64,000 bases of DNA, from NCBI GenBank assembly GCA_031362565.1, contig JANLSU010000081.1, forward strand, positions 1 to 64,000, given 5' to 3'. Under the pieces are notes generated by a model that was not told the origin of the DNA, ran no database searches, and worked only from the letters and a program-made list of their open reading frames with translations. Source of the stretch: a bacterium (GTDB lineage: Bacteria; Krumholzibacteriota; Krumholzibacteriia; G020349025). A program made the translations under genes and the position numbers. Position 1 is the first letter of the stretch; every line of letters begins with the position of its first letter. This document shows positions 27,186 to 37,145 of the stretch, one piece after another.

Positions 27186-29342
27186 GGTGGGGGGCGCGGC
27201 TTGTTCCGGCGCTGCGCGGGCCCGGATCTCCGCCAGCTCCAAGGGATGATCCTCGGCCATTTCCTCTTCGGTCAGTACGCCCGTCCACCACGATGCATTC
27301 ATCGGGTACGCACTCGGGCTGAACGTCACGAAGTACCAATGCCAGACCATGATCGCCAACGTCGCCAGAATCGCCTCGTAGTAGTGGATGGCGCGCGCAA
27401 TATCCCAACCGAGCTTCGTCAGCACATTCAGGAAATAGTTGTCGAACCACAGGATGATGCCGGTCGCGCCCATGACGATGACGCCCCAGATGAGCGCCCA
27501 GTACTCGAGCTTCTCGATGTAACTGAAGCGGCCGAAGTACGGGCGTTGCTTCTTCAGGCCGACGTTGTACAGCGTCTGTGCCGCGGCCCCCTTGGCATCA
27601 TGAATTCGGGGCGCCAGATCGCGGATGAGTTGCCGGCCGCGCTGTGAGACGATGACGTAGACCAAGTGCGTCAAACTCGTGCCCAGCAAGACTACGCCGC
27701 TCACCCGGTGGGCGATGCTGCGCATCTCGAAGACCTGCGGGATGAAGCGCCGCAGTTGCACCACCCACCAGGCATCGGGCCATTTCAGCATGAAGCCGGT
27801 GAGCACCAAGGTGAAGAAGCTGAGCAACAGGGCACCGTGCTGCAGCCGTTCATTGAGCGTCATGCGCACGTAGTGCGTCGGCCCGAACAGTTCAGCCTGA
27901 ATCCTGCCGTGCCGCACATCGTGATGGACGCGGAACTTGCGCCCGAAATCGAAGATATTGTGCAAGACCATGCCGCCCACCACCGTGACAATGAGCCCCA
28001 AGTACAGAATCCGCACCCAGTACAGGGCGGCGGAGTCGGTCTTGGCGAAGGTCACGTGGACGTTGCCCTTGGCAAAGTTGGCGGAGGCACCCGGATGACA
28101 CTGGCCGCAGGTCTGAGCGAGATTGCTCGGGCTGATCTTGGAGGACACATCCGTCGAGGGGCGAATGTCGTGGTAACCATGGCAGCTGGCGCAATTGGCG
28201 ACTTCGAGCGAGCCGCCGCGCGACGCCAGGCCGTGGTAACTGTCTTCGAACGTTTTCAGTCTCTCGGTCGCGAGCCCGTATTTTTGCGACAACTGCACCG
28301 AGCCATGGCACGAGCCGCAGACCTGTGCCGACACATTGCGCGCCGCGACGCGCGACTGTGGATCGGTGTGGGCAAGAATCTGATGCTCGCCGTGGCAGTC
28401 GGTACACGAGGGAGCATCCAAGTTGCCGCCATGCAGTGCCACCCCATGGATGCTCTCGCCGTAAGTGCGGGCCGCATCCTCGTGGCAGCGTCCACAGGTT
28501 GCCGGAATATTGAGTTTGTATTCCAGGGCCCGCGGGTCACTGCCCTTTTGCATGTCATGGGCGCCATGACAGTCGCTGCAGGTGGCGGCCTTGGGGTTGC
28601 CTTGTGCGAGTGCCACACCATGCACGCTCGTGGCATACGCGGCGATGAAGCCGGCGGTCGGACCGACGCGCGACCGCACATCCGGATTGTCCTGGTGGCA
28701 TTTCAGGCAGACTTGCGCTTCGTGCAGCTTGTAGACGGGCGAATCCTTACTGGTGACGAGCGCCACCTCATGGGTGCCATGGCACTCGATGCAGGTGGGC
28801 GCGCCCCGTACCCCCGCTGCCAGTGCGACACCGTGGGCGGATTTCGTGAAGTGTTCGGCCTCCGCGGCGTGGCATTTGCCGCACGTCGCGGCGATATGGC
28901 TGCGATTCACCGCCGACGCCGGGTCGGCCGGCGTCAACACGTCGTGCGTGCCATGGCAGTCCTTGCATGCAGCAGCGACCACACCGCGACCGTCCGCGGT
29001 CGCCCGGGCCCGCGGCAAGGCGTGAATGCTGGGCTCGTAACCCGCCACATCGTGACAAGTGCGGCAATCGACCGGCTGGATGTTCTTGGCGTGCGGCAGA
29101 GAATCGACGCTGAACCCGGCGTGGCAGTCGACGCAGGCCAGCCCGGCATGCACCGAACTCTGCAACTTGCCGCTGCCCACGAAGAGCGCGACGGTGTGCG
29201 CGCCCTTTTGCATCGTCAGGTCGTGATCGCTGTGGCAGGTCAGACAATCGTCGGAGGTTTGCCCCGCCGCCGCAGGCGCCAGGACGAGCGCTAAGACGAG
29301 GGCGATTTCGAGGCTGCGGATCACCAGAGTGTTGCGTTTCAC
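27150..29342 (-). CDS. Multiheme cytochrome c (13 CxxCH) fused to a cytochrome b (FdnI-like) domain
   Basis: 13 CxxCH counted; C-terminal TMs with QH, AHR..HL, EKLEYW, HYYEA..WHWY; start uncertain (29342 or 29324). Confidence 0.88.
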   Translation of the reverse strand: MKRNTLVIRSLEIALVLALVLAPAAAGQTSDDCLTCHSDHDLTMQKGAHTVALFVGSGKLQSSVHAGLACVDCHAGFSVDSLPHAKNIQPVDCRTCHDVAGYEPSIHALPRARATADGRGVVAAACKDCHGTHDVLTPADPASAVNRSHIAATCGKCHAAEAEHFTKSAHGVALAAGVRGAPTCIECHGTHEVALVTSKDSPVYKLHEAQVCLKCHQDNPDVRSRVGPTAGFIAAYATSVHGVALAQGNPKAATCSDCHGAHDMQKGSDPRALEYKLNIPATCGRCHEDAARTYGESIHGVALHGGNLDAPSCTDCHGEHQILAHTDPQSRVAARNVSAQVCGSCHGSVQLSQKYGLATERLKTFEDSYHGLASRGGSLEVANCASCHGYHDIRPSTDVSSKISPSNLAQTCGQCHPGASANFAKGNVHVTFAKTDSAALYWVRILYLGLIVTVVGGMVLHNIFDFGRKFRVHHDVRHGRIQAELFGPTHYVRMTLNERLQHGALLLSFFTLVLTGFMLKWPDAWWVVQLRRFIPQVFEMRSIAHRVSGVVLLGTSLTHLVYVIVSQRGRQLIRDLAPRIHDAKGAAAQTLYNVGLKKQRPYFGRFSYIEKLEYWALIWGVIVMGATGIILWFDNYFLNVLTKLGWDIARAIHYYEAILATLAIMVWHWYFVTFSPSAYPMNASWWTGVLTEEEMAEDHPLELAEIRARAAPEQAAPPTSAQIVDQEEAG

Positions 29343-29477
29343 GGCGTCGCGACCAGCCAATTGCCACCAAGCCGGCGTGGCGACTCTGGTGCGGTCGCAT
29401 CTGTCTGGCCACGCCCGCTTCCCAAGGATAGGCACAACCTGGGCCGCGATGTGGGGACAATTGCCGTCCGCTGAGTT

Positions 29478-30677
29478 TCAGCGCCTAGCCCCGCTCGGCA
29501 GAAGCGTCGAGAGTGCCGCCGCCAAGCGCTCGAACTGGGCGAGGTTGTTATAGAGCTGCGCCGAGATGCGGACCAACCGGCGCGGCGCCTTCGGCCACTG
29601 GAAGACCGGGACCTCGATCCGGTGCTGTTCGAACAGAACGGCCTGCAGAGCGTCGGTCCAATTCACCGGTGGCGGCGCATCCGGATCGCCGGCCGGCAAC
29701 GGCACGCAGGCCAGCGACCCGATCATCTCGTCGGGCGCCGGTAACGCGACCTGCAGCGCGTCGCACAGCGCTCGGCGGCCGGCGAGCGCCAGGGCGCGGT
29801 TGCGCCGCTGGACCTCCGGCCAACCGCCAGGCACCAAACCGCCGATGGTCGCAAGCGCCACCGGCACCGTGAGGATGGCGGTCGGATCGATCGTGCCCAT
29901 CCAGTCGAATTCCAAGAAGAAGCGCGAGCGGTCGCGCCGCTGCGACGTCGCACCTTGACTGACGACGAGCGGGTGAATCGCCGCCTGGCGATCGCGCCGC
30001 ACCCACAAGAACGCCGCACTCTTGGGACCGCACAACCACTTGTGGCAATTCGCCGTGTAGTACGTGGCGCCGAGGCCTTCGAGGTCCACCGGCACCATGC
30101 CGGGCGCATGCGCCCCGTCGATCAGGATGTCGATGCCGCGCGCCGCAAGTTGCGGCACAATGCGCTCCAACGGGAAGATGAGGCCGGTGGGACTCGTGAC
30201 ATGGTCGAGCAACACGAGACGGGTGCGCGGCCCGGCGGCTGCGAGCACTGCATCGACGACTTGCTGCGCGTCGTGCAACGGAAACGGCACCGCCGCCACA
30301 ACGACGCGCGCTCCCGAACGCCGCGCCACGGCCTCGACGGCATTCCGGCAGGCGCCATACTCGTGATCCGTGGTCAAGATCTCGTCGCCGGGAGCGAACG
30401 AGAGCGATTGGACGACGGTGTTGACACCGGTCGTTGCATTCGCCACGAACACCAGATCCTCGGGCGATGCATGGACGAACGGCGCCAGCGCGGTGCGTGT
30501 CGCATCGAGCCCCTGTTCCAGCCCACGCACCATGAATTGCGTCGGCTCGCGCTCGAACCGGGAGCGCAACTCCTGTTGAGCCTCCAGGACGACGCGCGGG
30601 CAAGCGCCGAAGGCGCCGTGATTCAAGTAGTCGATCGCCGGATCGAGTGTCCAGTGGGGCGCGAACTCGCTCGTCAT
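29478..30677 (-). CDS. Class V PLP-dependent enzyme (isopenicillin N epimerase / cysteine desulfhydrase-like)
   Basis: LNHGAFG, NATTG, DGAHAPG, NCHKWL. Confidence 0.85.
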   Translation of the reverse strand: MTSEFAPHWTLDPAIDYLNHGAFGACPRVVLEAQQELRSRFEREPTQFMVRGLEQGLDATRTALAPFVHASPEDLVFVANATTGVNTVVQSLSFAPGDEILTTDHEYGACRNAVEAVARRSGARVVVAAVPFPLHDAQQVVDAVLAAAGPRTRLVLLDHVTSPTGLIFPLERIVPQLAARGIDILIDGAHAPGMVPVDLEGLGATYYTANCHKWLCGPKSAAFLWVRRDRQAAIHPLVVSQGATSQRRDRSRFFLEFDWMGTIDPTAILTVPVALATIGGLVPGGWPEVQRRNRALALAGRRALCDALQVALPAPDEMIGSLACVPLPAGDPDAPPPVNWTDALQAVLFEQHRIEVPVFQWPKAPRRLVRISAQLYNNLAQFERLAAALSTLLPSGARR

Positions 30678-31198
30678 CGATTGTCTCCCGGTGAACTCGA
30701 TTCGACATCGGGCCCGAGTTGCATGGCGACCTCGTCGCAGTTCGCCTGGCGCGGGCACAGGCGGCAGTCGTTCCAGATCTTTTGCGGGAACCGCTCCTTG
30801 TCGACGACGGTGAAACCGTGCCGGGCGAAGAACGGCACGCGCCGCGTCAGGCAAAAAACTCGCGGCACGCCGGCGGCCTCGGCGCGCCCCACCAGCGCAT
30901 CGACGATTTGCCCGCCCAGTCCGTGGCCGCGGCGATCCGGCCGCACGGCCACCGAGCGCACTTCGGCCAGATCGGCATCGAGCCGCTCCAGGGCGCCACA
31001 ACCCACCAACTCGTCGCCGTCCACGACGACAACAAAATCCGGCCAGTGCGCGAGCAAGTTGGCGCGCGTCCGCGGCAAGAGCGTGCCGTCACCCGTGTAG
31101 GCGGCGATGAAGTGCTCGAGTTCCGGGATGTCGGCTGCAACGGCGGCGCGCAACCGCGGCACCGTGCAATGCACGAGGGCTTGAGCGCGATTGTTCAT
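30674..31198 (-). CDS. argA: Short GNAT amino-acid N-acetyltransferase (ArgA-type)
   Basis: LLPRT, LAEVRSVAV, GHGLG, KIWNDCRLCP..CDEVAM; lies within the arg operon. Confidence 0.8.
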   Translation of the reverse strand: MNNRAQALVHCTVPRLRAAVAADIPELEHFIAAYTGDGTLLPRTRANLLAHWPDFVVVVDGDELVGCGALERLDADLAEVRSVAVRPDRRGHGLGGQIVDALVGRAEAAGVPRVFCLTRRVPFFARHGFTVVDKERFPQKIWNDCRLCPRQANCDEVAMQLGPDVESSSPGDNR

Positions 31199-32589
31199 GA
31201 AGCCCTCCCGAGTGCGTTGCGGGCCCGGTCGATCTGGGCGTACACCGCGGCGCGCGCCGTCCCGCCGGTCACGGTACGGCGCTCGACCGCCGACTCGTAG
31301 TCGAGCCCCACCAGATCGGCCGCGATGAGCGGCGCGGGCAGCGACTCGGGATGTGCCGCGAGGTCGCGCAGCGAGCTGCCTTGGCGGCGGGCCAAGGCGA
31401 CGGCGGCCGCAACGGCGCCATGCGCGTCCCGAAATGCCACCCCGCGTGCCACCAGCGCGTCGGCGGCCTCGGTCGCGAGAACGTCGTCGGTGAGCGCCAG
31501 GCGCATGCGCTCGGTGTCGAATTCGATCGCCGAGAGCGCCGCCGTAAGCGCCGCAAGGCTCGTGCGTGTTGCATGCGTGACGCGCCACACGGGCGGTTTG
31601 TCCTCCTGCAAATCGCGCTGGTAGCTCGACGGCAGGCCCTTCAGCAAAGTAAGAAGCGCCACCAGATCGCCGAGCGCCGCGGCACTCCTGCCGCGCACCA
31701 GCTCGGCAAGATCCGGGTTTTTCTTGTTCGGCATGAGGCTCGAGCCGGTCGCCAAATCGTCCGGCCAATGGACGAAACCAAACTCCGCGGTCGACCACAC
31801 GACGAGGTCCTCGGCGAGACGCGACGTGTGCATCGCGAGCAGCGTGCAGGCAAAGGCCAGTTCCACCGCGAAGTCGCGATCGCCCACCGCGTCGAGGCTG
31901 TTGGGCGTCACGCCTTCGAAGCCGAGCCGGTCTGCAAGCCATTCGCGATCGAGTCCGAATGCATTGCCGGTCACGGCGCCGCTGCCGAGCGGCAAGACGT
32001 TGGCGCGCCGGCGCGCGGCGTGCAGCCGTTCGGTATCGCGCTCGAGGGCCCAGAAATGCGCCAAGAACCACTGCGCCAAACGCATCGGCTGGGCGCGCTG
32101 CAGATGCGTGTACGCCGGCAGGAGCGTGTCCACCTCGGCCGCGGCCCGGTCGAGGAGCGTGGCCTGCAGCGCCCGAACTCCGAGCATGATCTGGCCGGCA
32201 CGGTCGCGCGCTGCCATCCGGAAAGCCGTCGCCACTTGGTCGTTGCGGCTGCGTCCCGTGTGCAGCCGCCGTCCGAGATCGCCGGTGCGGCGAATGACCT
32301 CGGCCTCGATCGCCGTGTGAATGTCCTCCGCACCGGCCGGAATCCACCGTCCGGCACGCAAATCGTCCCGCATCGCGCCGAGTGTCGCTTCGAGTTGCAG
32401 CGCCTCATCCGGACCGAGAACGCCGCAGCGCCCGAGCGCCGCGGCATACGCTGCCGAGGCTTCGAGATCGGGTTCGGCAAGCGGCGCGTCCTGCGCCAAG
32501 GACGCCGACAGCTCGAAGAGCGCCGGGTGCATCCCGGTTTCGAAACCGCCGCCCCACAGGGTCGCCGGACGTTCGTCGTTGGCTGCCAT
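31195..32589 (-). CDS. argH: Argininosuccinate lyase
   Basis: LWGG, HTGRSRNDQVAT, YTHLQRAQP, GSSLMPNKKNPD. Confidence 0.96.
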   Translation of the reverse strand: MAANDERPATLWGGGFETGMHPALFELSASLAQDAPLAEPDLEASAAYAAALGRCGVLGPDEALQLEATLGAMRDDLRAGRWIPAGAEDIHTAIEAEVIRRTGDLGRRLHTGRSRNDQVATAFRMAARDRAGQIMLGVRALQATLLDRAAAEVDTLLPAYTHLQRAQPMRLAQWFLAHFWALERDTERLHAARRRANVLPLGSGAVTGNAFGLDREWLADRLGFEGVTPNSLDAVGDRDFAVELAFACTLLAMHTSRLAEDLVVWSTAEFGFVHWPDDLATGSSLMPNKKNPDLAELVRGRSAAALGDLVALLTLLKGLPSSYQRDLQEDKPPVWRVTHATRTSLAALTAALSAIEFDTERMRLALTDDVLATEAADALVARGVAFRDAHGAVAAAVALARRQGSSLRDLAAHPESLPAPLIAADLVGLDYESAVERRTVTGGTARAAVYAQIDRARNALGRAS

Positions 32590-32591
32590 AC

Positions 32592-33809
32592 TCAGCTCCG
32601 ATAGTGCGCGTTGATGCGCACGTAGTCCGCCGACAAATCACTGCCGAGGGCCGTGCCGGTGCCCTTACCGCCGCCGATCCGCAACGTCATTTCGACGCGC
32701 TTGCCACGCAAGTGGCGCGCCGCACCGCGTTCGCCGGCGGGGTGCGCCGCACCGTTTTCGGCCACCAAGTGGCCGCCGATGCGCAGATCGAGAGCCTGCG
32801 GGTCGAGCTTCACACCGGCGCGCCCGGCGGCCGCGAGAACGCGTCCCCAGTTGGGATCGCCGCCGTGCACCGCCGTCTTGACGAGATTGGATGCGGCGAT
32901 CGTGCGCGCCACGGTTCGCGCATCACGCGCCGTGCGCGCGCCGGCGACGTGCACGATCATGATCTTCTCGGCGCCTTCGCCATCGGCAGCGACGGCCTCC
33001 GCGAGTTGGGCGCAGACCTGGCGCAGTGCGTCTGCTACCGCCGCTTCGGCGCGGCTGCCACTGGCGATCGTGCCGCCGGCGGCGCCGTTCGCGAGCAAGA
33101 AGACACAGTCGTTGGTGCTCGTGTCACCGTCTACCGTCAGCGTGTTGAAGCTGGCGTCGACCGCGTCCCGCAACAGCTTCCGGGCCTGCGCCTGACGCAG
33201 CGGTGCATCGGTCGTGACGACGGCCAAGAGCGTCGCCATGTCGGGGTGAATCATGCCGGCGCCCTTCGCCATGCCACCGACGGTGTAATCCCTGGAGCCG
33301 GCACGCACCCGCACCGCCGCTTGTTTGCGACGCGTATCGGTCGTCATGATCGCATCCGCGGCACGGCGCGCGCTGAGCGCCGTCGTGCCCACCAAACAGG
33401 CCAGGCGCGGCAGCGCGACCAGCAAGCGTTCGACGGGAAACGGCACGCCGATCACGCCGGTCGAAGCCACCAGCACTTGATCCGCGTCGCAGTCGAGGAG
33501 TTCGGCCACAACCGCCGCACTGCGGCGCACCGCAACGTCACCGGCCGTGCCGGTACAGGCGTTGGCATTGCCGCTGTTCAAGAGCACCGCCCGGGCTCGC
33601 CCCTTGGCATCGATGACGCGCCGCGACCAGGTCACGGGCGCTGCTTGCACCAGGTTCGTCGTGAACACGCCCGCCGCTACCGCCGGCCGGTCCGACACCA
33701 CGAGCGCCACATCGTCGCGCTTGCCGCCGGGCTTGATTCCGGCGCGTGCCGACCCGGCGCGAAAGCCGCGTGGCGCGGTCACCCCGAGCGTCAGTGACCG
33801 CGCGCTCAA
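32592..33809 (-). CDS. argJ: Ornithine acetyltransferase / N-acetylglutamate synthase
   Basis: NSGNANACTG, STGVIG, KGAGMIHPDMAT, DGDTSTND, DGEGA, DPNWGR. Confidence 0.96.
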   Translation of the reverse strand: MSARSLTLGVTAPRGFRAGSARAGIKPGGKRDDVALVVSDRPAVAAGVFTTNLVQAAPVTWSRRVIDAKGRARAVLLNSGNANACTGTAGDVAVRRSAAVVAELLDCDADQVLVASTGVIGVPFPVERLLVALPRLACLVGTTALSARRAADAIMTTDTRRKQAAVRVRAGSRDYTVGGMAKGAGMIHPDMATLLAVVTTDAPLRQAQARKLLRDAVDASFNTLTVDGDTSTNDCVFLLANGAAGGTIASGSRAEAAVADALRQVCAQLAEAVAADGEGAEKIMIVHVAGARTARDARTVARTIAASNLVKTAVHGGDPNWGRVLAAAGRAGVKLDPQALDLRIGGHLVAENGAAHPAGERGAARHLRGKRVEMTLRIGGGKGTGTALGSDLSADYVRINAHYRS

Positions 33810-35038
33810 GAACCTGCCCCCGAGCCTTCGAGCGACCCGGCGCTGCGATGCATCTCTGCTTCGAGCGGCAAACCGAGCAAGCGAATGAAACCGCCGGCAT
33901 CGGCCTGGTCGTAACCGGAGCCGGCTCCGAACGTCGACAAATTGGCGTCATACAGCGACCGCGGTGACCGGCGACCGATGCAAAGCACGCTGCCCTTGTA
34001 GAGCCGGACTCGCACCTCGCCGGTCACGGGCTCCATGAGGCGCGTGACGAGTGCATCGAGCGCCTCGCGCACCGGCGTGAACCACACGCCGCGGTAGATG
34101 AGATCCGCCAGCGCTTCCCCGGCCCGCATCCGTTCGCGGAGTGCGGCGGCATCGAGCGTCACACCCTCCAGGTCGCGGAGGGCGGCATACAGAACCGTAC
34201 CGCCAGGCGTCTCGTAGACGCCGCGCGATTTCAGTCCGACGACGCGATTCTCGACGATATCGATGCGGCCGACACCGTGGGCACCGGCGATGGTGTTCAA
34301 TTCTGCGAGCAAGATTTCGGGCGCGAGTTCACGGCCATCGAGTCCGGCCGGCAGCCCGCTTTCAAAGTGCAGCACGACCTCGCGCGGTTCGTCGGGCGCG
34401 CGGCGCGGATCCACCGTCAATTGGAACAGGTCGTCGGGCGGCGCGCACCAGGGGTCCTCGAGGACGCCGCCTTCGTGCGACAAGTGAAACACATTGCGAT
34501 CGCGCGAATAGAGCGAGCCCTTCGACACCGGCACCGGAATGCCGTGCTTGTCGGCGTATTCCAGCGCATCCTCGCGCGACTGGATGTCCCACTCGCGCCA
34601 CGGCGCCACGACTTTCAGATCCGGCGCCAGCGACCGGTAGCCGAGTTCGAAACGCAGTTGGTCGTTGCCCTTGCCGGTGCAACCGTGCGCCACGGCATCG
34701 GCACCGACGCGGCGTGCCGCCCGCACTTGGCCGCGCGCCAACACCGGACGCGCGAGTGCGGTGCCGAGCAAATAGCGGCCCTCGTAGAGAGCGCCGGCGC
34801 GCAGCGCCGGCCACACGAACTCGCTGACGAATTCCGCTTCGAGGTTTTCGATACAGGCCGACGAAGCGCCGCTTCGCAGCGCCTTGGCTTCCAGGCCGTC
34901 GAGTTCTTCGGCCTGGCCGACGTTGCCGGTGTAGGTGACCACCTCGCAGCCGTAGTTCTCGAGCAACCACTGCACGATGATCGAGGTGTCGAGGCCGCCC
35001 GAATAGGCGAGCACAACCTTGCGTACGCGTTGCTTCAA
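33806..35038 (-). CDS. argG: Argininosuccinate synthase
   Basis: AYSGGLDTS, HGCTGKGNDQ, KSRGVYETPG. Confidence 0.97.
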   Translation of the reverse strand: MKQRVRKVVLAYSGGLDTSIIVQWLLENYGCEVVTYTGNVGQAEELDGLEAKALRSGASSACIENLEAEFVSEFVWPALRAGALYEGRYLLGTALARPVLARGQVRAARRVGADAVAHGCTGKGNDQLRFELGYRSLAPDLKVVAPWREWDIQSREDALEYADKHGIPVPVSKGSLYSRDRNVFHLSHEGGVLEDPWCAPPDDLFQLTVDPRRAPDEPREVVLHFESGLPAGLDGRELAPEILLAELNTIAGAHGVGRIDIVENRVVGLKSRGVYETPGGTVLYAALRDLEGVTLDAAALRERMRAGEALADLIYRGVWFTPVREALDALVTRLMEPVTGEVRVRLYKGSVLCIGRRSPRSLYDANLSTFGAGSGYDQADAGGFIRLLGLPLEAEMHRSAGSLEGSGAGS

Positions 35039-36342
35039 CGGATGCCTCCCGAAGTATGGACCGCGGCCTCAGAGGCCCTGTTTGTCTGGCGCGGGGCCGG
35101 CGCCGTCACCACGGTGGCGCCGCGCACTCGCCGGCGCGGTGCCAGCGACTCGAGCGCGGCGCTCAAGATGTCGATCGCCGAGTCGATCTCCGCATCGCTG
35201 CAGACCAAAGGCGGCAGAAACCGGATCGCATCGTCCCCGGCGCGGGTCACGAGCAGGCCGCGCTCGCGGGCCGCCGCAATGACTTCGCCGCCGCGTTTCT
35301 TGAACGCCGGGGCCAGCACCAAGGCCTGCATGAGGCCGCGCCCGCGCGTGCCGCGCGCCGCTGTCGAACGCGCCGTGACCGCTGCGAGGCCCGCCGCCAA
35401 GTGTTCGGCGCGGGCGGTGACTTCGGCCAAGAATTCGGGCTGGGCGACGGTGTCGAACACCCGGTTGGCAACCGCGCACACGGCGGGCCCGCCGGAGAAC
35501 GTCGAACCGTGCTGGCCGGGCACCAAGTGGCGCGCGACTTCTGCGCCGATCAACGTCACGCCGAGCGGCAGGCCGGCGGCAATCGGCTTGGCGAGCGTCA
35601 CGAGATCCGGCACGACGCCATACGACTCGTACGCGAAGAGAGTTCCCAAGCGGCCGAGCCCGCACTGCACTTCGTCGAAGATGAGCAAGGCGCCCGTCGC
35701 GTCACACACTTCGCGCAGCCCCTGCAGGAATTCGCGGGTCGCCGGTACGACGCCACCTTCGCCCTGCACCGGTTCGACGATTACGGCCGCGGTGCGCTCC
35801 GTCACCGACCGGCGTACCGATTCGAGGTTGTTGAAGGTCGCAAAACGCACCCCCGGCAGGAGCGGCAAGAAGGGCTCGCGATACGACGGATGATAGGTAA
35901 CGGCGAGCGCCCCGAGCGTCCGGCCGTGAAATCCGCCCTTGAAGGCGACGAACCCTTTGCGATCCTTGCCGCCGCGGGCGTTGGCCGTGATGCGCGCGAA
36001 CTTGAGCGCCGCCTCGTTGGCTTCGGTGCCGCTGTTGGCGAACCACACCCGGCTCGCGAACGAGGCCTTGGTCAGACGTGCGGCGAGGTCGAGGGCCGGC
36101 ACGTTGCCGTACAGGTTCGAAACGTGGCCCAGCGTCGCGAACTGATCGCGCAGAATCTCGGCGAGATCGGCCCGGCCGTGGCCCAGAGCCGCGACCGCCA
36201 GCCCGGCCGTGAAATCGAGATATTGGCGTCCGGCAGTGTCCCAGACGTACGAGCCTGCGCCGCGCGCGAGGATGAGCCGCGGGTGAGCGATGACCCCGGC
36301 GAGCGTTCGCGACTCGTCCGGCTGCACAACTGTTTCAGTCAC
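35035..36342 (-). CDS. argD: Acetylornithine aminotransferase
   Basis: NSGTEANEAA, FHGRT, EPVQGEGG, DEVQCG, TLAK. Confidence 0.94.
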   Translation of the reverse strand: MTETVVQPDESRTLAGVIAHPRLILARGAGSYVWDTAGRQYLDFTAGLAVAALGHGRADLAEILRDQFATLGHVSNLYGNVPALDLAARLTKASFASRVWFANSGTEANEAALKFARITANARGGKDRKGFVAFKGGFHGRTLGALAVTYHPSYREPFLPLLPGVRFATFNNLESVRRSVTERTAAVIVEPVQGEGGVVPATREFLQGLREVCDATGALLIFDEVQCGLGRLGTLFAYESYGVVPDLVTLAKPIAAGLPLGVTLIGAEVARHLVPGQHGSTFSGGPAVCAVANRVFDTVAQPEFLAEVTARAEHLAAGLAAVTARSTAARGTRGRGLMQALVLAPAFKKRGGEVIAAARERGLLVTRAGDDAIRFLPPLVCSDAEIDSAIDILSAALESLAPRRRVRGATVVTAPAPRQTNRASEAAVHTSGGIR

Positions 36343-37145
36343 GACTGGCTTCCTCTCTCCGAGGGTCGACCCACGACGCGCGTGCCGCGGATTTCGTGCA
36401 GCGCTTCACCACTGAAACCGCCGATGTGAACTTGTTGGACGCCAGCGGTCGCGGCGCGGGCGGCGGCACGCAGTTTGGGAATCATGCCGCGCGTCGCCTC
36501 CCCAGACGCGATGAGCAACTCGACCGCCTGGGCCTCGACTTCCGCAGCCCAAGAATCCTCGACCCGCACGCCTTCGACATCGGACAAAAGGAGGAGCCGC
36601 TCGCCCCCAAGAGCGGCGGCGAGGGCGGCGGCCGCTTCGTCGGCGTTGACGTTGACCGCTTCGCCATCGGGCCCGAGTGAGACCGGCGACACGACGGGGG
36701 TCAACCCGGCGTCCAACAAGAGCCGCAAGAGTGACGAATCCACGGTGGCCGGTGTTCCGACCCGGCCGAGGCCCGGTTCGAGGGTGCAGACGAGCGTTCC
36801 GGCGTCACTGCCTGTCACGCCCACCGCGCGGCGCCCGGCGGCTGCGAGCGCCCGCACCAACGCGCCGTTGACGTTGCCCGACAACACCATTTCGACGGCG
36901 AGCAAGTCGGATATGGATGTCACGCGGCGGCCTTGTTCAAACCGTGGTTCCAAGCCGAGCTGCGCTTGCAAGCGCGTCACGGAATCGCCGCCGCCGTGCA
37001 CCAACACCAGGTCGTTGTCGAATGCGGCGCAAACCTGCGCCAGTCGCATGCGGCTGTCACGATCCTCGCACAGGCGCCCGCCGATCTTGACGACCCAAAC
37101 CGGACGTGCGGGAGTCCTTCGGGATTCGACGCGGGCGCCGTTCAT
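36339..37145 (-). CDS. argB: Acetylglutamate kinase
   Basis: VVKIGG, VHGGG, NVNAD, SDVEGV, GMIPK. Confidence 0.93.
   Translation of the reverse strand: MNGARVESRRTPARPVWVVKIGGRLCEDRDSRMRLAQVCAAFDNDLVLVHGGGDSVTRLQAQLGLEPRFEQGRRVTSISDLLAVEMVLSGNVNGALVRALAAAGRRAVGVTGSDAGTLVCTLEPGLGRVGTPATVDSSLLRLLLDAGLTPVVSPVSLGPDGEAVNVNADEAAAALAAALGGERLLLLSDVEGVRVEDSWAAEVEAQAVELLIASGEATRGMIPKLRAAARAATAGVQQVHIGGFSGEALHEIRGTRVVGRPSERGSQS

Noticed and set aside
30674..32347. 557-aa ORF as an ArgH-ArgA fusion or long protein
   Set aside because: Only the last 174 codons are GNAT-like; argH has its own stop in another frame, overlapping the argA ATG
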